This document shows, in pieces, positions 1 through 11,627 of a stretch of 22,941 nt of DNA; position 1 is the stretch's first letter, and every line of letters begins with the position of its first letter. The position numbers were made by a program, and so were the translations under genes. The DNA comes from Octopus sinensis (Eukaryota): positions 1 to 22,941 of the forward strand of contig NW_021836677.1 in the NCBI RefSeq assembly GCF_006345805.1, read 5' to 3'. A model generated the notes under the pieces. That model worked only from the letters and a program-made list of their open reading frames with translations. It had not been told where the DNA came from and ran no database searches.

Positions 1-82
1 CCATTGGATGACTAAAACAATGCGAAGTGCATTGTGACCAGCGATGTGTAGCAACATCTGATAGCCTGGTCGGTCACGGTGA
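1..82 (+). mobile_element. 3' end of SINE family C, variant-1 tail (cut by window start)
   Basis: Close reverse-complement match to ~14900-14985; retains the ACAATGC/GCATTGT stem (17-35); ends in (TA)n. Confidence 0.75.
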
Positions 83-391
83 TATATATATATTCTAGCA
101 AAAACTGTCCGACGAACGGCAACGGGAAACTCAGAGTAACAGGTTTTGTTGAATTTTCTGTTGCTTTAAATAAAGTATATATATATATATATAAAGACAG
201 ACAGACAGGGATGTTTCTTTATTGGTCACGCAAGGTTGAACACAGAAGGTATAAAATACGAAGTAGAGCTTTTCTTTTTGGGAGGAAGAAGGGAAGAAAA
301 AAAAAGAAAGAAAAAAGATGGATCGAATTCTGATCAAAAGGGATCGTGAAAAAAAAAAGAAAAAAAGGGGGGAACGATCAATAGGGATCGT

Positions 392-444
392 ATAGATAGA
401 CAGGTAGGTAGGTAGATAGGTAGGTAGACAGCTAGCTAGCTAAG

Positions 445-520
<76 letters not shown>

Positions 521-540
521 CACACACACACACACACACA
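392..540. repeat. Compound microsatellite (GGTA)/(GATA)n then (CA)n
   Basis: Direct reading of tandem units. Confidence 0.95.
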
Positions 541-724
541 TGGGTGTGTGCTAAAGAGTCGGTGTTTGTCTCAGATCACTTGTCAACCGATATTGGTTTG
601 TTTCTGTCTCTTAACTAAGATATGCAGCACACTGACCGATCGCATGTGTAGGCATGTACATATGTGTATGCGTATGTATGTATGTATGTACGTATCTATA
701 TATGTATGCATTTATGTATATATA

Positions 725-1150
725 GGAGCAGACGTGGCTGTGTGGTAAGTACCTTGCTTCCCAACCACATGGTTCCGCGTTCAGTCCCAGTGCGTGGCAA
801 CTTGAGCAAATGTCTTCTACCATAGCCTCAGGCCGACCAAAGCCTTCTAAGTGGATTTGGTAGACGGAAACTGAAAAAAGCCCGTCGTGTGTATATATAT
901 ATATATATATATATATTATATGATATACATATATATATATGTTTGTGTCTGTGTTTGTACCCCTATCATCGCTTGAAAACCGATTTTGGTATTTTTATGT
1001 CACCGTAACTTACCGGTTCGACAAAAGACACCGATCAAATAAGTACTAGGCATACAAAGAATAAGTCCTGGGGTAGATTTGTTCGACTAAAGGCGGTGCT
1101 CCACCATGGCCGCAGTCAAATGACTGAAACAAATAAAAGAATAAAAGAAT
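725..1150 (+). mobile_element. tRNA-derived SINE family A, full length (A1)
   Basis: Head with A-box-like GTGGCTGTGTGG and B-box-like GTTCAGTCC; internal (TA)n; 3' module GGCGGTGCTCCA..CATGGCCGCAGTCAAATGACTGAAAC; (TAAAAGAA)n tail; many homologous copies in the window. Confidence 0.9.
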
Positions 1151-1164
1151 ACGGGTATGTAAGA

Positions 1165-1719
<555 letters not shown>

Positions 1720-2430
1720 TGCATCTATGCATGCATGTATGTATATGTGTATGTATGTACGTATGCATGTTTGTATGTTTGCATTAATGTCTGTATATAT
1801 ACATTTATGTATATATAAGTATGTATGTATGTATGCATGTATGTGCTTTTGTATATATGTAAGTAATCCATCTACGTATGTGTGTATGTATGTATGCATA
1901 CTTGAATGCATGTTTGTATGTATATATGTATATATGCATATATGTATGTATTTAGCATGTATGTATATGTGCATGTTTGTGTGTATGCAAATATGTATGT
2001 GTGTATGTATGTGCGTGAGAATGTATGTATGTGTTTATGTATGTATATCTGTATGTATGTGTGTATGTATGTGTGTATGTATGTGCGTGCGGTTGTAAGT
2101 ACGCATGTATGCACATATGTATGAATATATGCATATATACATGTATGGGTATATGTATATATGTATGTACATGTATGTTTTTGTGTTGTATGTATGTATG
2201 TATGTATGTATGTATGTATGTATGTATGTGTGCATGCATGTATACATATATAGAAAGATAGATACATACATACAAACACATACATGTGTACGTGTGTGTG
2301 TAACTTTGCGTTTGTATGTGTGTGTTTCTGTGATTGCTTGTGTGTGTCTGTGTGTGCGTGTGTTAGTCTATTCGCGTGCGTGCGTTTGTGTGCGTGTTTC
2401 TGCGCGCCCGTGTGTGTGTGTGTGTGCGCG
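1720..2430. repeat. Degenerate (TATG)n/(TG)n low-complexity tract
   Basis: Interrupted TATG/TG units; source of the MYVC/HTYI pseudo-ORFs. Confidence 0.9.
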
Positions 2431-2819
2431 CGCGAGGTTGAACATGCATTTGTCTGTGATTACAAATGCGTAAAATCCAAAGTCTAGACTTGATAATTTT
2501 TTTTCGTTTTTTTTTTTTTACTTTGTACCCTTTTCAACACATAAACATGCAAAACGCGCATTGTACACACACACACTATCGTGCGCGCACTCGTGTACTA
2601 AAAGGGTATGCGCATACCATCATGCAAAACATGGTGCAGGCTTGCACCTAGCAATATATATATATATAAACACGCAAACACACATGCACGAACAGGCGCT
2701 CTTAACGCACGTTCGTGCGAATTCTGTATTGATATGCGCGCTTGTTTATGTGTACAGGTATGCACACACGGACACAGGTATTACAGGAAGACGGTTGGGG
2801 CGAGGAAGGCGGTGAGAAG

Positions 2820-3410
<591 letters not shown>

Positions 3411-3492
3411 AACCTTACGACCCCTATACATAGGGATAATATTTGCAGAAATCCCACCGTTCAACCCCTGCCCTCGATTTAATATTCCAATA

Positions 3493-3649
3493 ATCGCCGG
3501 CGTGACTGTTTGTTAACAAGTTTGCTTTCCATCCACATGGTCCCGGGTTCAGTCCCACTGTGTGACACATCTTGGACAAGTGTCTTCTACTATAGCCTCG
3601 AGCTGACCAATGCTTTGTGAGTTGACGGAAACTGAAAGAAGCTCGTCGT
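3493..3649 (+). mobile_element. SINE family A, 5' half only (A3)
   Basis: Diverged head (GGTCCCGGGTTCAGTCCCACTG) through GAAACTGAAAGAAGCTCGTCG; stops at the internal microsatellite. Confidence 0.8.
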
Positions 3650-3701
3650 GTATGTGTTATATATATATATATATTATATATATATATATAATATATATAT
3701 A

Positions 3702-4069
3702 TACTCTTTTACTCTTTTACTTTTTCAGTCATTTGACTGCGGCCATGCTGGAGCACCGCCTTTAATCGAACAACTCAACCCCGGACTTATTCATTCTAAG
3801 CCCAGTAATTATTTTATCGGTCTCTTTGGCCGAACCGCTAAGTGACGGGGACATAAACACACCAGCATCGGTTGTCAAGCAATGCTAGGGGACAAACATA
3901 AACATACACGCACACGGGCTTCTTTCAGTTTCCGTCTACCAAATCCAATCACAAAGCTTTGGTCGGCCCGAGGCTATAGTAGAAGACACTTGCCCAAGGT
4001 GCCACGCAGTGGGAGTGAACCCGGAACCTTGTGGTTGGTAAGCAAGCTACTTACCTCACAGCCACTCCT
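3702..4069 (-). mobile_element. SINE family A, near full length (A4)
   Basis: (TACTCTTT)n tail at 3702, body, head ending CAGCCACTCCT at 4069; internal microsatellite almost absent. Confidence 0.9.
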
Positions 4070-4079
4070 ATATATATAT

Positions 4080-4248
4080 ATAGTATTTCATACATAAATA
4101 TTAGTGGGAATTTTTAAACAACTATGTGGAAACCTTATGCTAGAAGAAGATCCGCTATGGTCTCAATCATAGCGGATCTTCTTCTAGCATAAGGGTTTCC
4201 ACATAGTGGTTAAAAAATTCCGTCTTATATTTATGTATGTAATACTAT
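4080..4248. repeat. Long inverted repeat (hairpin), ~80-bp arms, 8-nt loop
   Basis: 4133-4159 and 4168-4194 are perfect 27-bp reverse complements; pairing extends with few mismatches to 4080/4248; loop GTCTCAAT at 4160-4167. Confidence 0.9.
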
Positions 4249-4366
4249 TTACTGAATTTCAGTTTTTTGTTATATTCTAGACCACTGGTGTTAAAATTGA
4301 TGTTATATATAATTAAATCCTGATTTTAATTTTATACACACACACACACAAACACACACACACATA

Positions 4367-4397
<31 letters not shown>

Positions 4398-4531
4398 AAT
4401 ATATATATATAATATATATAATATATATGGGCAAAAATGCAATACAGGTCAATAAAACATCCGAACAGATAGACGACACATAGGCGGACAACAAATAGAG
4501 GGACAGGAAAAAATAGATGTATGTATGCATG

Positions 4532-4570
<39 letters not shown>

Positions 4571-4699
4571 TAAGTGTGTGTGTGTCTCTGTGTGTGTCTG
4601 TGTGTCATATACATACATATATGTGTGTGTATGTATATATATATATAGAGAGAGAGAGAGAGATCACACGCACGCGCGCGCACACACGTGTGTGCGTGT

Positions 4700-4836
4700 G
4701 TCTGTTTGATTATGTGTACGCGTGCTTGTCCTGCCAGCGCTTGACAACCGGTATTGGTTTGTTTACGCCCCTGTAACCAAGCGGCTCAATAACAGAGCCT
4801 GATAAAATAAAGAGCGCCAGTTTTTTTAAAAAGAAA

Positions 4837-4877
<41 letters not shown>

Positions 4878-4985
4878 TGATGATGATGATGATGATGATT
4901 ACAGCAGTCAATCAGCTCAAGGAAATTCCTTGAAGACGGTGCCCCAGCATGGCCGCAATCCAATAAATGAAACAAGTAACAAAAA
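4700..4985 (+). mobile_element. SINE family A-like 3' half containing (AAT)n(GAT)n
   Basis: GCGCTTGACAACCGG...GACGGTGCCCCAGCATGGCCGCA...GAAACAAGTAA; trinucleotide run ~4847-4898. Confidence 0.7.
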
Positions 4986-5099
4986 AAAATGGGAAATGAA
5001 AGCCCCCCCCCGCCCTCCAGCACACCCATCCCACCCCCATAAACAAGGAGGAGAGCACCACAAGGCATCTTGTGTGATGCTCTAACGATTTTGCTAGTC

Positions 5100-5629
5100 C
5101 CCAAAACTACACACACACGCACACACACACACACACACCTATACACGTATACAGACATACATACATACATACACATAGCCCCATGCATTCACTTATGCAT
5201 ACATATATATATATATACACACACAAATGCCTACACATGCACACATGCACAGACACTCATGCTTTAATGCACACACATAAACATTGTTTACACACATATG
5301 CCTACACACGCGCACATATACACACTACGCGCGCGCACACACACACACACACACTTTGTGAATAAACAACGCCCGTGATGAGACAACGAAGGTTCCTCAA
5401 CGTGGTCAATCGACTTTTAAGAAATAGCAACCATATTTCCCTCAAATCACACTACTGTCTATATATAAAAAAAGGAAGAACTTCTTGGGGATAGTCATGG
5501 CTGGAACACTAATTACCTTAGGTTTGCTCAGTCATTGCCGACATGATCTAAATTACACACACACGCATACACACACACACACAACACACACACACACACA
5601 CACGGATATAAATACATACACAAATTTTC

Positions 5630-5662
<33 letters not shown>

Positions 5663-5960
5663 TACATACAACTGAACAGTACATGTATACGCACATATAT
5701 ACAGATACATTTACATACACTCAAAAATACACACACACACACACACACAACATACACGTGCCCATTTACACAAACTCCCCCACACACGCACACATATATT
5801 CACAGAGGCATGTATATACACACATACACAAATTCTCACACGACCGAATAGTACACACACACACACACACACACACAAAAGAAAACTGTAAACATACAGT
5901 CATACACACACTCACTCTAACATGTAAACATACACACATATTTACACACATGCACACATA
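5100..5960. repeat. CA/TACA-rich low-complexity region (interrupted by E1)
   Basis: Degenerate (CA)n/(CATA)n runs. Confidence 0.85.
5396..5555 (+). mobile_element. Repeat family E fragment (E1)
   Basis: Shares AGAAATAGCA.CCA and GTCATGGCTGGAAC motifs with copies at ~5990, 6190, 6850 and 8870. Confidence 0.6.
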
Positions 5961-5974
5961 GTCTGTTTGGTGAA

Positions 5975-6172
5975 CCTTAAGCAGTCTCTCCATTTGCTAG
6001 AAATAACACACAAATCTCCCTGATATCGCACTCCATTGGCTTAAAATTGGAAGGACGCGTTGGACAAATAGAAGTTCTAGTTACAGAATTCGACAAAATA
6101 GTCATAACTGGAAGGCTTTTGATCATAGTCCTGCTAGAGCATATCTGACCAGGGGCTAAAGAACAATAACAG
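5975..6172 (+). mobile_element. Repeat family E (E2), ending GACCAGGGGCTAAAGAACAATAAC
   Basis: GCTAGAAATAAC...GGAAGGACGCGTTGGA...GTCATAACTGGAA...GGGGCTAAA motifs are collinear with other E copies. Confidence 0.6.
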
Positions 6173-6184
6173 TTGGAGCGAGAT

Positions 6185-6425
6185 TGTACGTGGTCATCAA
6201 TTTGCGTGAAATAGCAGCCAAACCTCACTTTTTTTTAAATATATATAATGAAAAAGTTCATAGGCGCAGGAGTGGCTGTGTGGTAAATAGCTTGTTTACC
6301 AACCACATGGTTCCGGGTTCAGTCCCACTGCGTGGCACCTTGGGCAAGTGTTCTTCTACTATAGTCTCAGGCCGACCAAAGCCTTGTGAGTGGATTTGGT
6401 AGACGGAAACTGAAAGAAGCCCTTC

Positions 6426-6465
<40 letters not shown>

Positions 6466-6920
6466 TAATATATTATATATATATATATATATATAATATA
6501 TATATTATATATGTGTGTGTGTTGTGTGTGTGTGTGTTGGTATGTGTATGTGTATGTATGTATGTATGTATGTATGTATGTATGTATGTGTGTCTGTGTT
6601 TGCCCCTCACCACCACCAACATCGCTTGACAACCGATGCTTGTGTGTTTACGTCCTTGTAACCTAGCGGTTCGGCAAAAGCAACCGACCGAATAAGTACT
6701 AGGCTTACAAAGAATAAATCATGGGGTCGATTTGCTCGACTAAAGGCGGTGCTGCAGCATGGCCGCAGTCAAATGACTGAAACAAGTAAAAGAGTAAAAA
6801 GAGTAAAGAGTATTGGATAATATTGAAATAAATATATAAAAAGACAAGATTGTCACGGCTGGAACACCTCTGATATTAGATTTGTTCACTCATAGTTGAC
6901 CTTGGGCTAAACAACTTTAC
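6185..6920 (+). mobile_element. Repeat family E (E3), split by insertion of A6
   Basis: 5' part 6185-6262 (GAAATAGCAGCCAAA) resumes at 6813 (TTGGATAAT...GTCACGGCTGGAAC...GACCTTGGGCTAAAC). Confidence 0.6.
6263..6812 (+). mobile_element. SINE family A, full length, well conserved (A6)
   Basis: GGCGCAGGAGTGGCTGTGTGG head, GGTTCAGTCCC B-box-like motif, internal microsatellite, GTCGATTTGCTCGAC hairpin, (GTAAAAGA)n tail. Confidence 0.92.
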
Positions 6921-6924
6921 AGAA

Positions 6925-7045
6925 CCTAGAACGGGTTTGCTCGACTTACTAGAAAATAAAATCGCGCCGCCTTTTCAAGATTAAAAAAAAATATATGATT
7001 GAACGCATTAGATAATGCATTCCTAAAAACAAAAAAAGAATATAA
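6925..7045 (+). mobile_element. Repeat family E fragment (E4)
   Basis: CGCGC..CTTTTCAAGAT(A)n...TGAAC.CATT.GATAATG.ATTCCTA matches ~8905-8958. Confidence 0.6.
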
Positions 7046-7394
7046 CAACAGCAACAACAACAACATATAAACAACAGCAACAACTCCTGCTGCACTTGCT
7101 ACTGCAGTTAATAAACTGCAATGGTATCTCAAAGAGCTCTGGAACTGCTGTTCCAACACCAGCCTGCACTCACTCATTGATGTGGCGTGTGTGTTGCACA
7201 CAACTGATGTAGCTACGAAGAAGAGAGAGATTCCTTCTCTGACTATGGTCCAACACACAGACACAGTAAAAAAGCGCCGACTAACTTATACACTTTATAA
7301 CCAGCTTTATAGGTGGTCGCCCGGTTCTGTTAGAAATAGCAGTCAAATTCTGCTAAATCGTTTCTTGCCAAGGGGTATGATAGAACAAAAGGAA

Positions 7395-7573
7395 GGCGCA
7401 GATACGTGAGTGTGAAAAGAAGTTTGCTTCGCAACAATATGGTCTCAGGTTCGGTCCCACTGCGTGGTACCATGGGTACGAGTCTTCTACTATAATCCCG
7501 GGCCGATCAAAGACTTCTCAGTAGATTTGACATAGGGAAACTGAAAGAAGCCCGTTGTGTATATATATATACA

Positions 7574-7614
<41 letters not shown>

Positions 7615-7822
7615 TTATTTTATAGAAGGAGCTTCTACAGGACTAGAACTAGAAATTAATTTACTCTGCCATGTATTGAGTACCTTATTTACTGTGGTTA
7701 ACCCCGACTCAACCCGGGACCTACATATATATATATATGCACGTATTATGTATGTATTTATGTGTCTGTGTTGTCCCACACCATCGCCTAACAACCGATG
7801 TTGGTGTGTTTACGTCCCCGTA
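7395..7822 (+). mobile_element. Diverged SINE family A (A7), 3'-truncated, with an unrelated ~100-bp insert in its microsatellite
   Basis: Head 7395-7560; insert ~7620-7722; post-microsatellite part ~7755-7822 stops at CCCCGTAA. Confidence 0.75.
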
Positions 7823-7825
7823 ATT

Positions 7826-7857
<32 letters not shown>

Positions 7858-7896
7858 CGTGTGTGTGTGTGTATGTATGTATGTATGTATATTATA

Positions 7897-8057
7897 TACG
7901 ACGGGCTTCTTTCAATTTCAGTTTCCGTCAACCAAATTCATACTTTGGTCGGCCCGAGGCTATAGTAGAAGGCACCTGCCTAAGGTGTCACGCAGAGGTG
8001 AACCCGGAACCATGTGGTTGGGAAGCAAGATTCTTGCGAAATAGCCACACCTGCGCC
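7897..8057 (-). mobile_element. SINE family A, 5' half (A8)
   Basis: ACGACGGGCTTCTTTC...GAACCCGGAACCATGTGGTTGG...GCCACACCTGCGCC. Confidence 0.85.
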
Positions 8058-8093
8058 TAAATATGTGTGTGTATGTGTGTGTATGTATGTATA

Positions 8094-8156
<63 letters not shown>

Positions 8157-8159
8157 GTG

Positions 8160-8386
8160 TCTTTATGCTTGTGAGAGTCTCCTTTCCACTTAACAACCAA
8201 GGTTAGATTCTTCACGGCCCCGTAACTTAGCGGTTCGGCGAAAGACACCGACAGGATAAGTAGCAGATTTCAAAAAGCAAAATGAAAATAAAGTAAGGGA
8301 GTCAATTTGTTCGACTAAAAACCCTTCAAGGCGCTGCCCCAGCATGGCCGCAGTCCAACGAAAGAAACAAGTAAAAGATCAAAGGT
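8160..8386 (+). mobile_element. SINE family A-like 3' half following (GT)n
   Basis: CCCCGTAACTTAGCGGTTCGG...CCCTTCAAGGCGCTGCCCCAGCATGGCCGCAGTC...GTAAAAGA. Confidence 0.75.
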
Positions 8387-8470
8387 AACAGATGAAGGAT
8401 GGACACACTGGATAACGTAGTCCTAGATTTACTTAGGTTAGTTGGTCATATATGAAACATTTTTGATCAA
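8385..8470 (+). mobile_element. Repeat family E fragment
   Basis: GGACACACTGGATAACGTAGTCCTAGAT...GGTCAT...TTTTGATCA is collinear with E2. Confidence 0.5.
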
Positions 8471-8839
8471 AGCGCAGACGTGGCTGTGTGGTAAGTAGTT
8501 TGCTTACCAACCACATGGTTCTAGGTTCAGTCATACTGCGTGATACCTTAGGCCGGTGTCTTCTACTATAGCCAACCAAGGCCTTGTGAGTGGATTTAGT
8601 AGACGGAAACTAAAGGAAGCATATATATGTATATGCGTGTATATGTTTGGGTGTCTGTGTTTGTCCCCCACAACCGATGTTAGCGTGTTTATATCCCCAT
8701 AACTTAGTGGTTCGGCAAAAGATAAACCGATAGAATAAGTACTAGGCTTCCAAACAATAAGTCCTGGGGTCGATAGTTTCGACTATAGGCGGTGCTCCAG
8801 CATGGCCGCAGTCAAATAACTGAAACAAATATAAGAATA
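8471..8839 (+). mobile_element. SINE family A, full length (A9)
   Basis: Head, short microsatellite, GTCGATAGTTTCGAC hairpin and 3' module all present. Confidence 0.9.
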
Positions 8840-8844
8840 CTAAA

Positions 8845-9035
8845 GACCAGCTTATATGCGGCCGTCCGGATCCGCTAGAAATAGCAGTAGAATTGAATAA
8901 AGTCGCGCTTTTCAAGATAAAAAAAATCTCATGAACACATTTGATAATGTATTCCTAGATATACAAAGCTGGTTATGAGTTGAACATCTTTGATGATAGA
9001 TTCGCTCAGTCTGCGCTGGCCTGGGGCTAAACAAA
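8845..9035 (+). mobile_element. Repeat family E fragment
   Basis: GCTAGAAATAGCAG...GGCCTGGGGCTAAAC. Confidence 0.6.
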
Positions 9036-9076
9036 AAATTACTGTGGCTCAATCACATAGCCTAAGAAGTTGTGAA

Positions 9077-9303
9077 AAGCAGCGTTGTGGCAGAATCGGT
9101 AGAGCGCTGGGCAAGATGCTTAACGGAATTTCTCCCGGATCTTTATGTTCTGAGTTCAAATGCTGCTGTGGCCTACTTTGCTTTTCATCCTTTTAGGGTC
9201 AAGAAAATAAGTACCAGTTGAGAATTGGGGTCGATGTAATCGACTCAAAACTTTACCCACGAAATTTCAGTCAGGCTATGAGCCTGTAGTACAAAGAAAG
9301 ATT
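9077..9303 (+). mobile_element. tRNA-derived SINE family B (diverged)
   Basis: TGGCAGAATCGGTAG A-box-like, GAGTTCAAAT B-box-like, TTTCATCC...AAATAAGTACCAG core, GTCGATGTAATCGAC hairpin. Confidence 0.75.
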
Positions 9304-9319
9304 CAAGACGGGGATCTGA

Positions 9320-9591
9320 TAGAAATGTGAGCGGCAATTCTTCAGGCTTTGCATTCTGAGTTCAAATCCTGCCGAGGTCGACTTTGCCTTTCGTCCTTTC
9401 GGGATAAATTAAATAAGTACCAAAGTATAGGCGCAGATGTGGCAGTGTGGTAAGAAGCCTGCTTCCCAACCACATGGTTCCGAGTTCAGTCCTATTACAT
9501 TCCACCTAGGGCAAGTGTCTTCTACTATACCCTCGGGCCGACCAAGGACTTGTGAGTGGAATTGAGAGACGGAAACTGAAAGAAGTCCATC

Positions 9592-9640
<49 letters not shown>

Positions 9641-9932
9641 TGTCTCCGACACCATCGCTTGACCAACGATGTTGATGTGTTTACGTTCCCGTAACTTAGC
9701 GGTTCTGTAAAAGTACCGATAGAATAAGTACTACGCTTACAAAGAATAAGTCCTGGGATCGATTTGTTCGACTAAAGGCGGTGCTCCAGCACGGCCGCAG
9801 TCAAATGACTGAAACAAATAAAGGAAAAGAAAAGAGTACCAGTTCAGTTCTCAAATCGATTTCATCGATAATTCCCCTTCCCCAACCCCTCAGAATTCCA
9901 GGCCATGTACCTAAAGGGTAAATGTAATTAGT
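9320..9932 (+). mobile_element. SINE family B interrupted by A10
   Basis: 5' part ends TAAGTACCA (9422); B continues from AGTACCAGTT (9835) through an ATCGA-N5-TCGAT hairpin and tail. Confidence 0.7.
9430..9837 (+). mobile_element. SINE family A, full length (A10), nested in B
   Basis: GGCGCAGATGTGGCAGTGTGG head through GACTGAAACAAATAAAGG tail. Confidence 0.9.
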
Positions 9933-9946
9933 CTTGTAAAGCGGTA

Positions 9947-10150
9947 AGGTGTCAGAATCGTTACACCGTCGGACAAAATGCCTAGTGGCATTTCTTCCGG
10001 CACTTTCTGCATTCAAATGATGATGTAGTGGATTTACCTTTCATTGATGTAGGATCAAAAGATTAAGCCAAGTTGTGATGCCGATGGTGTAACCTAACCA
10101 CACCTCTCCTAAAGACTGCTGGCCTTGTCTCTGAATCAAAAATCGTTATT
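9947..10150 (+). mobile_element. Highly diverged SINE family B
   Basis: CAGAATCGTTAC...GGACAAAATGCCTAG...TTCAAAT...CCTTTCAT...GCTGGCCTTGT collinear with other B copies. Confidence 0.55.
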
Positions 10151-10161
10151 AGTAGCAACGG

Positions 10162-10503
10162 TAAGGGCGGGCGTTTAGCAGAATCGTTAGGACGCTGGGC
10201 GAAATGCGTAGCCGTATTTCGTCTGCCGTTACGTTCTGAGTTCAAATTCGGCCGAGGTCGACTTTGCCTTTCATCCTTTCGGGGGTCGATAAATAAAGAA
10301 CCAGTTACGCACTGGGGTCGATGTAATCGACTTAATCCCTTTGTCTGTCTTTGTTTGTCCCCACTATGTTTAGCCCCTTGTGGGCAATAAAGAAATAAGA
10401 ATCGTTAGGACGCTGGACAGAGGCCTTGTGGGGTTTTGCACCGGCTCTTTATATTTCTGAGTTCAAGTCACGCCGGGGTCAAGTTTGGTATAATAAAGTA
10501 CCA
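10162..10503 (+). mobile_element. SINE family B, full copy plus abutting partial copy
   Basis: Full copy 10162-10398; AGAATCGTTAGGACGCTGG is identical at 10180 and 10398, where the partial copy starts. Confidence 0.85.
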
Positions 10504-10524
10504 GCGAAGTGAACTCGCGTGTCT

Positions 10525-10630
10525 TTGTGGGTGAGGTATTGCTCTCACGATTGCGAGGTTGTGAGTTCGATTCCCGGGCCGAGAGGTGCGTTGTGTTCTT
10601 CAGCAAACCATTTTATTTCGCATTGTTCTG
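10525..10630 (+). mobile_element. SINE family F fragment
   Basis: GTGAGTTCGATTC B-box and GTTGTGTTCTTCAGCAA..C..TTTATTTC match 14080-14140. Confidence 0.6.
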
Positions 10631-11073
10631 CTTGAAGGAGAGTAACAGAATCCTTGTTGTGTTGGCAGAAGTGCTTAATGGGTATATGTGTCGGTTCTCT
10701 ACATTCTGAGTTCAAATCCCACCCACCTGGAGAAGGTAGAACCTACATGAAGAAGGCAACAGGAAATCACACCACCATTCATCTCAAGTCTTGTCATGGT
10801 GGCCCAAAGTTGCAGTAATTTATTTAACAGCAGCAGGGAAGGTACAGGCCCTTCAAGATCGTATAGAGAGTGCTGGAGAAGGTTTACATGCACTGGATCT
10901 GCTATACTAAACCAGTGAAGTATAATTAAGTCGATTAAATCAACAAAACCCTTTCTCAAAATGCTAGCCTTTTGCTTAAATTGCGGACAATAATTAGCTC
11001 GTTCCGTCAGGTACATGTCCTAGTGGTCAGACTGCTCGCATGTATTCGCTTGTTTTTAATATTACAAGTTTAT

Positions 11074-11627
11074 ATGGCGGCGAGCTGGCAGAAATGTTAG
11101 CACGCCGGGCGAAATGCGTAGCCGTATTTCGTCTACCGTTACGTTCTGGGTTCAAATTCCGTCGAGATCGACATTGCCTTTCATCCTTTCGGGGTCGATA
11201 AATTAGGTACCAGTTACGCACTGGGCTCGATGTAATCGACTTAATCCGTCTGTCTGTAGTAAAGAAATAGGTAAGAAATAGGTATTTCGTCAGCCGCTAC
11301 GTTCTGAGTTCAAATTCCGTCGAGATCGACTTTGCCTTTCATCCTTTCGGGGTCGATTAAATAAGTACCACTGGGGTCGATATAATCGACTTAATCCGTT
11401 TGTCTGTTCTTGTTTGTCCTCTCTGTATTTAGCCCCTTGTGTGTAGTAAAGAAATAGAAATAGGTATTTCGTCTGCCGCTACGCTCTGAGTTCAAATTCC
11501 GCCGAGGTCGACCTTGCCTTTCATCATTTCGGGGTCGATAAATTAAATACGAATCATGTACTGCTGTCAATCTAGTCAACTGGTCTTCTCCCCAAAAATT
11601 TCGAACCTTGTGCCTAGAGTAGAAAAG
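11074..11627 (+). mobile_element. Head-to-tail trimer of SINE B plus terminal tail, inside one 16-bp TSD
   Basis: Units begin at 11076, 11282 and 11464; AATATTACAAGTTTAT occurs at 11058-11073 and 11628-11643. Confidence 0.88.

Noticed and set aside
5375-5391. Second hammerhead-like string GTGATGA-G-ACAA-C-GAAG
   Set aside because: Two invariant core positions differ (C3, A15.1) and no flanking stems are evident.
7071-7409. 112-codon stop-free + frame (and overlapping - strand ORF 6926-7264)
   Set aside because: No recognisable homology, no clear splice acceptor, and it runs through CAA repeats, an E fragment and the A7 head.
10699-11040. Non-repetitive-looking segment with open frames on both strands
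   Set aside because: No identifiable domain and no convincing acceptor-donor pair.
11076-11550. CRISPR-like repeat array
   Set aside because: Units are ~180-200-bp SINE multimers without unique spacers, in eukaryotic DNA with no cas genes.
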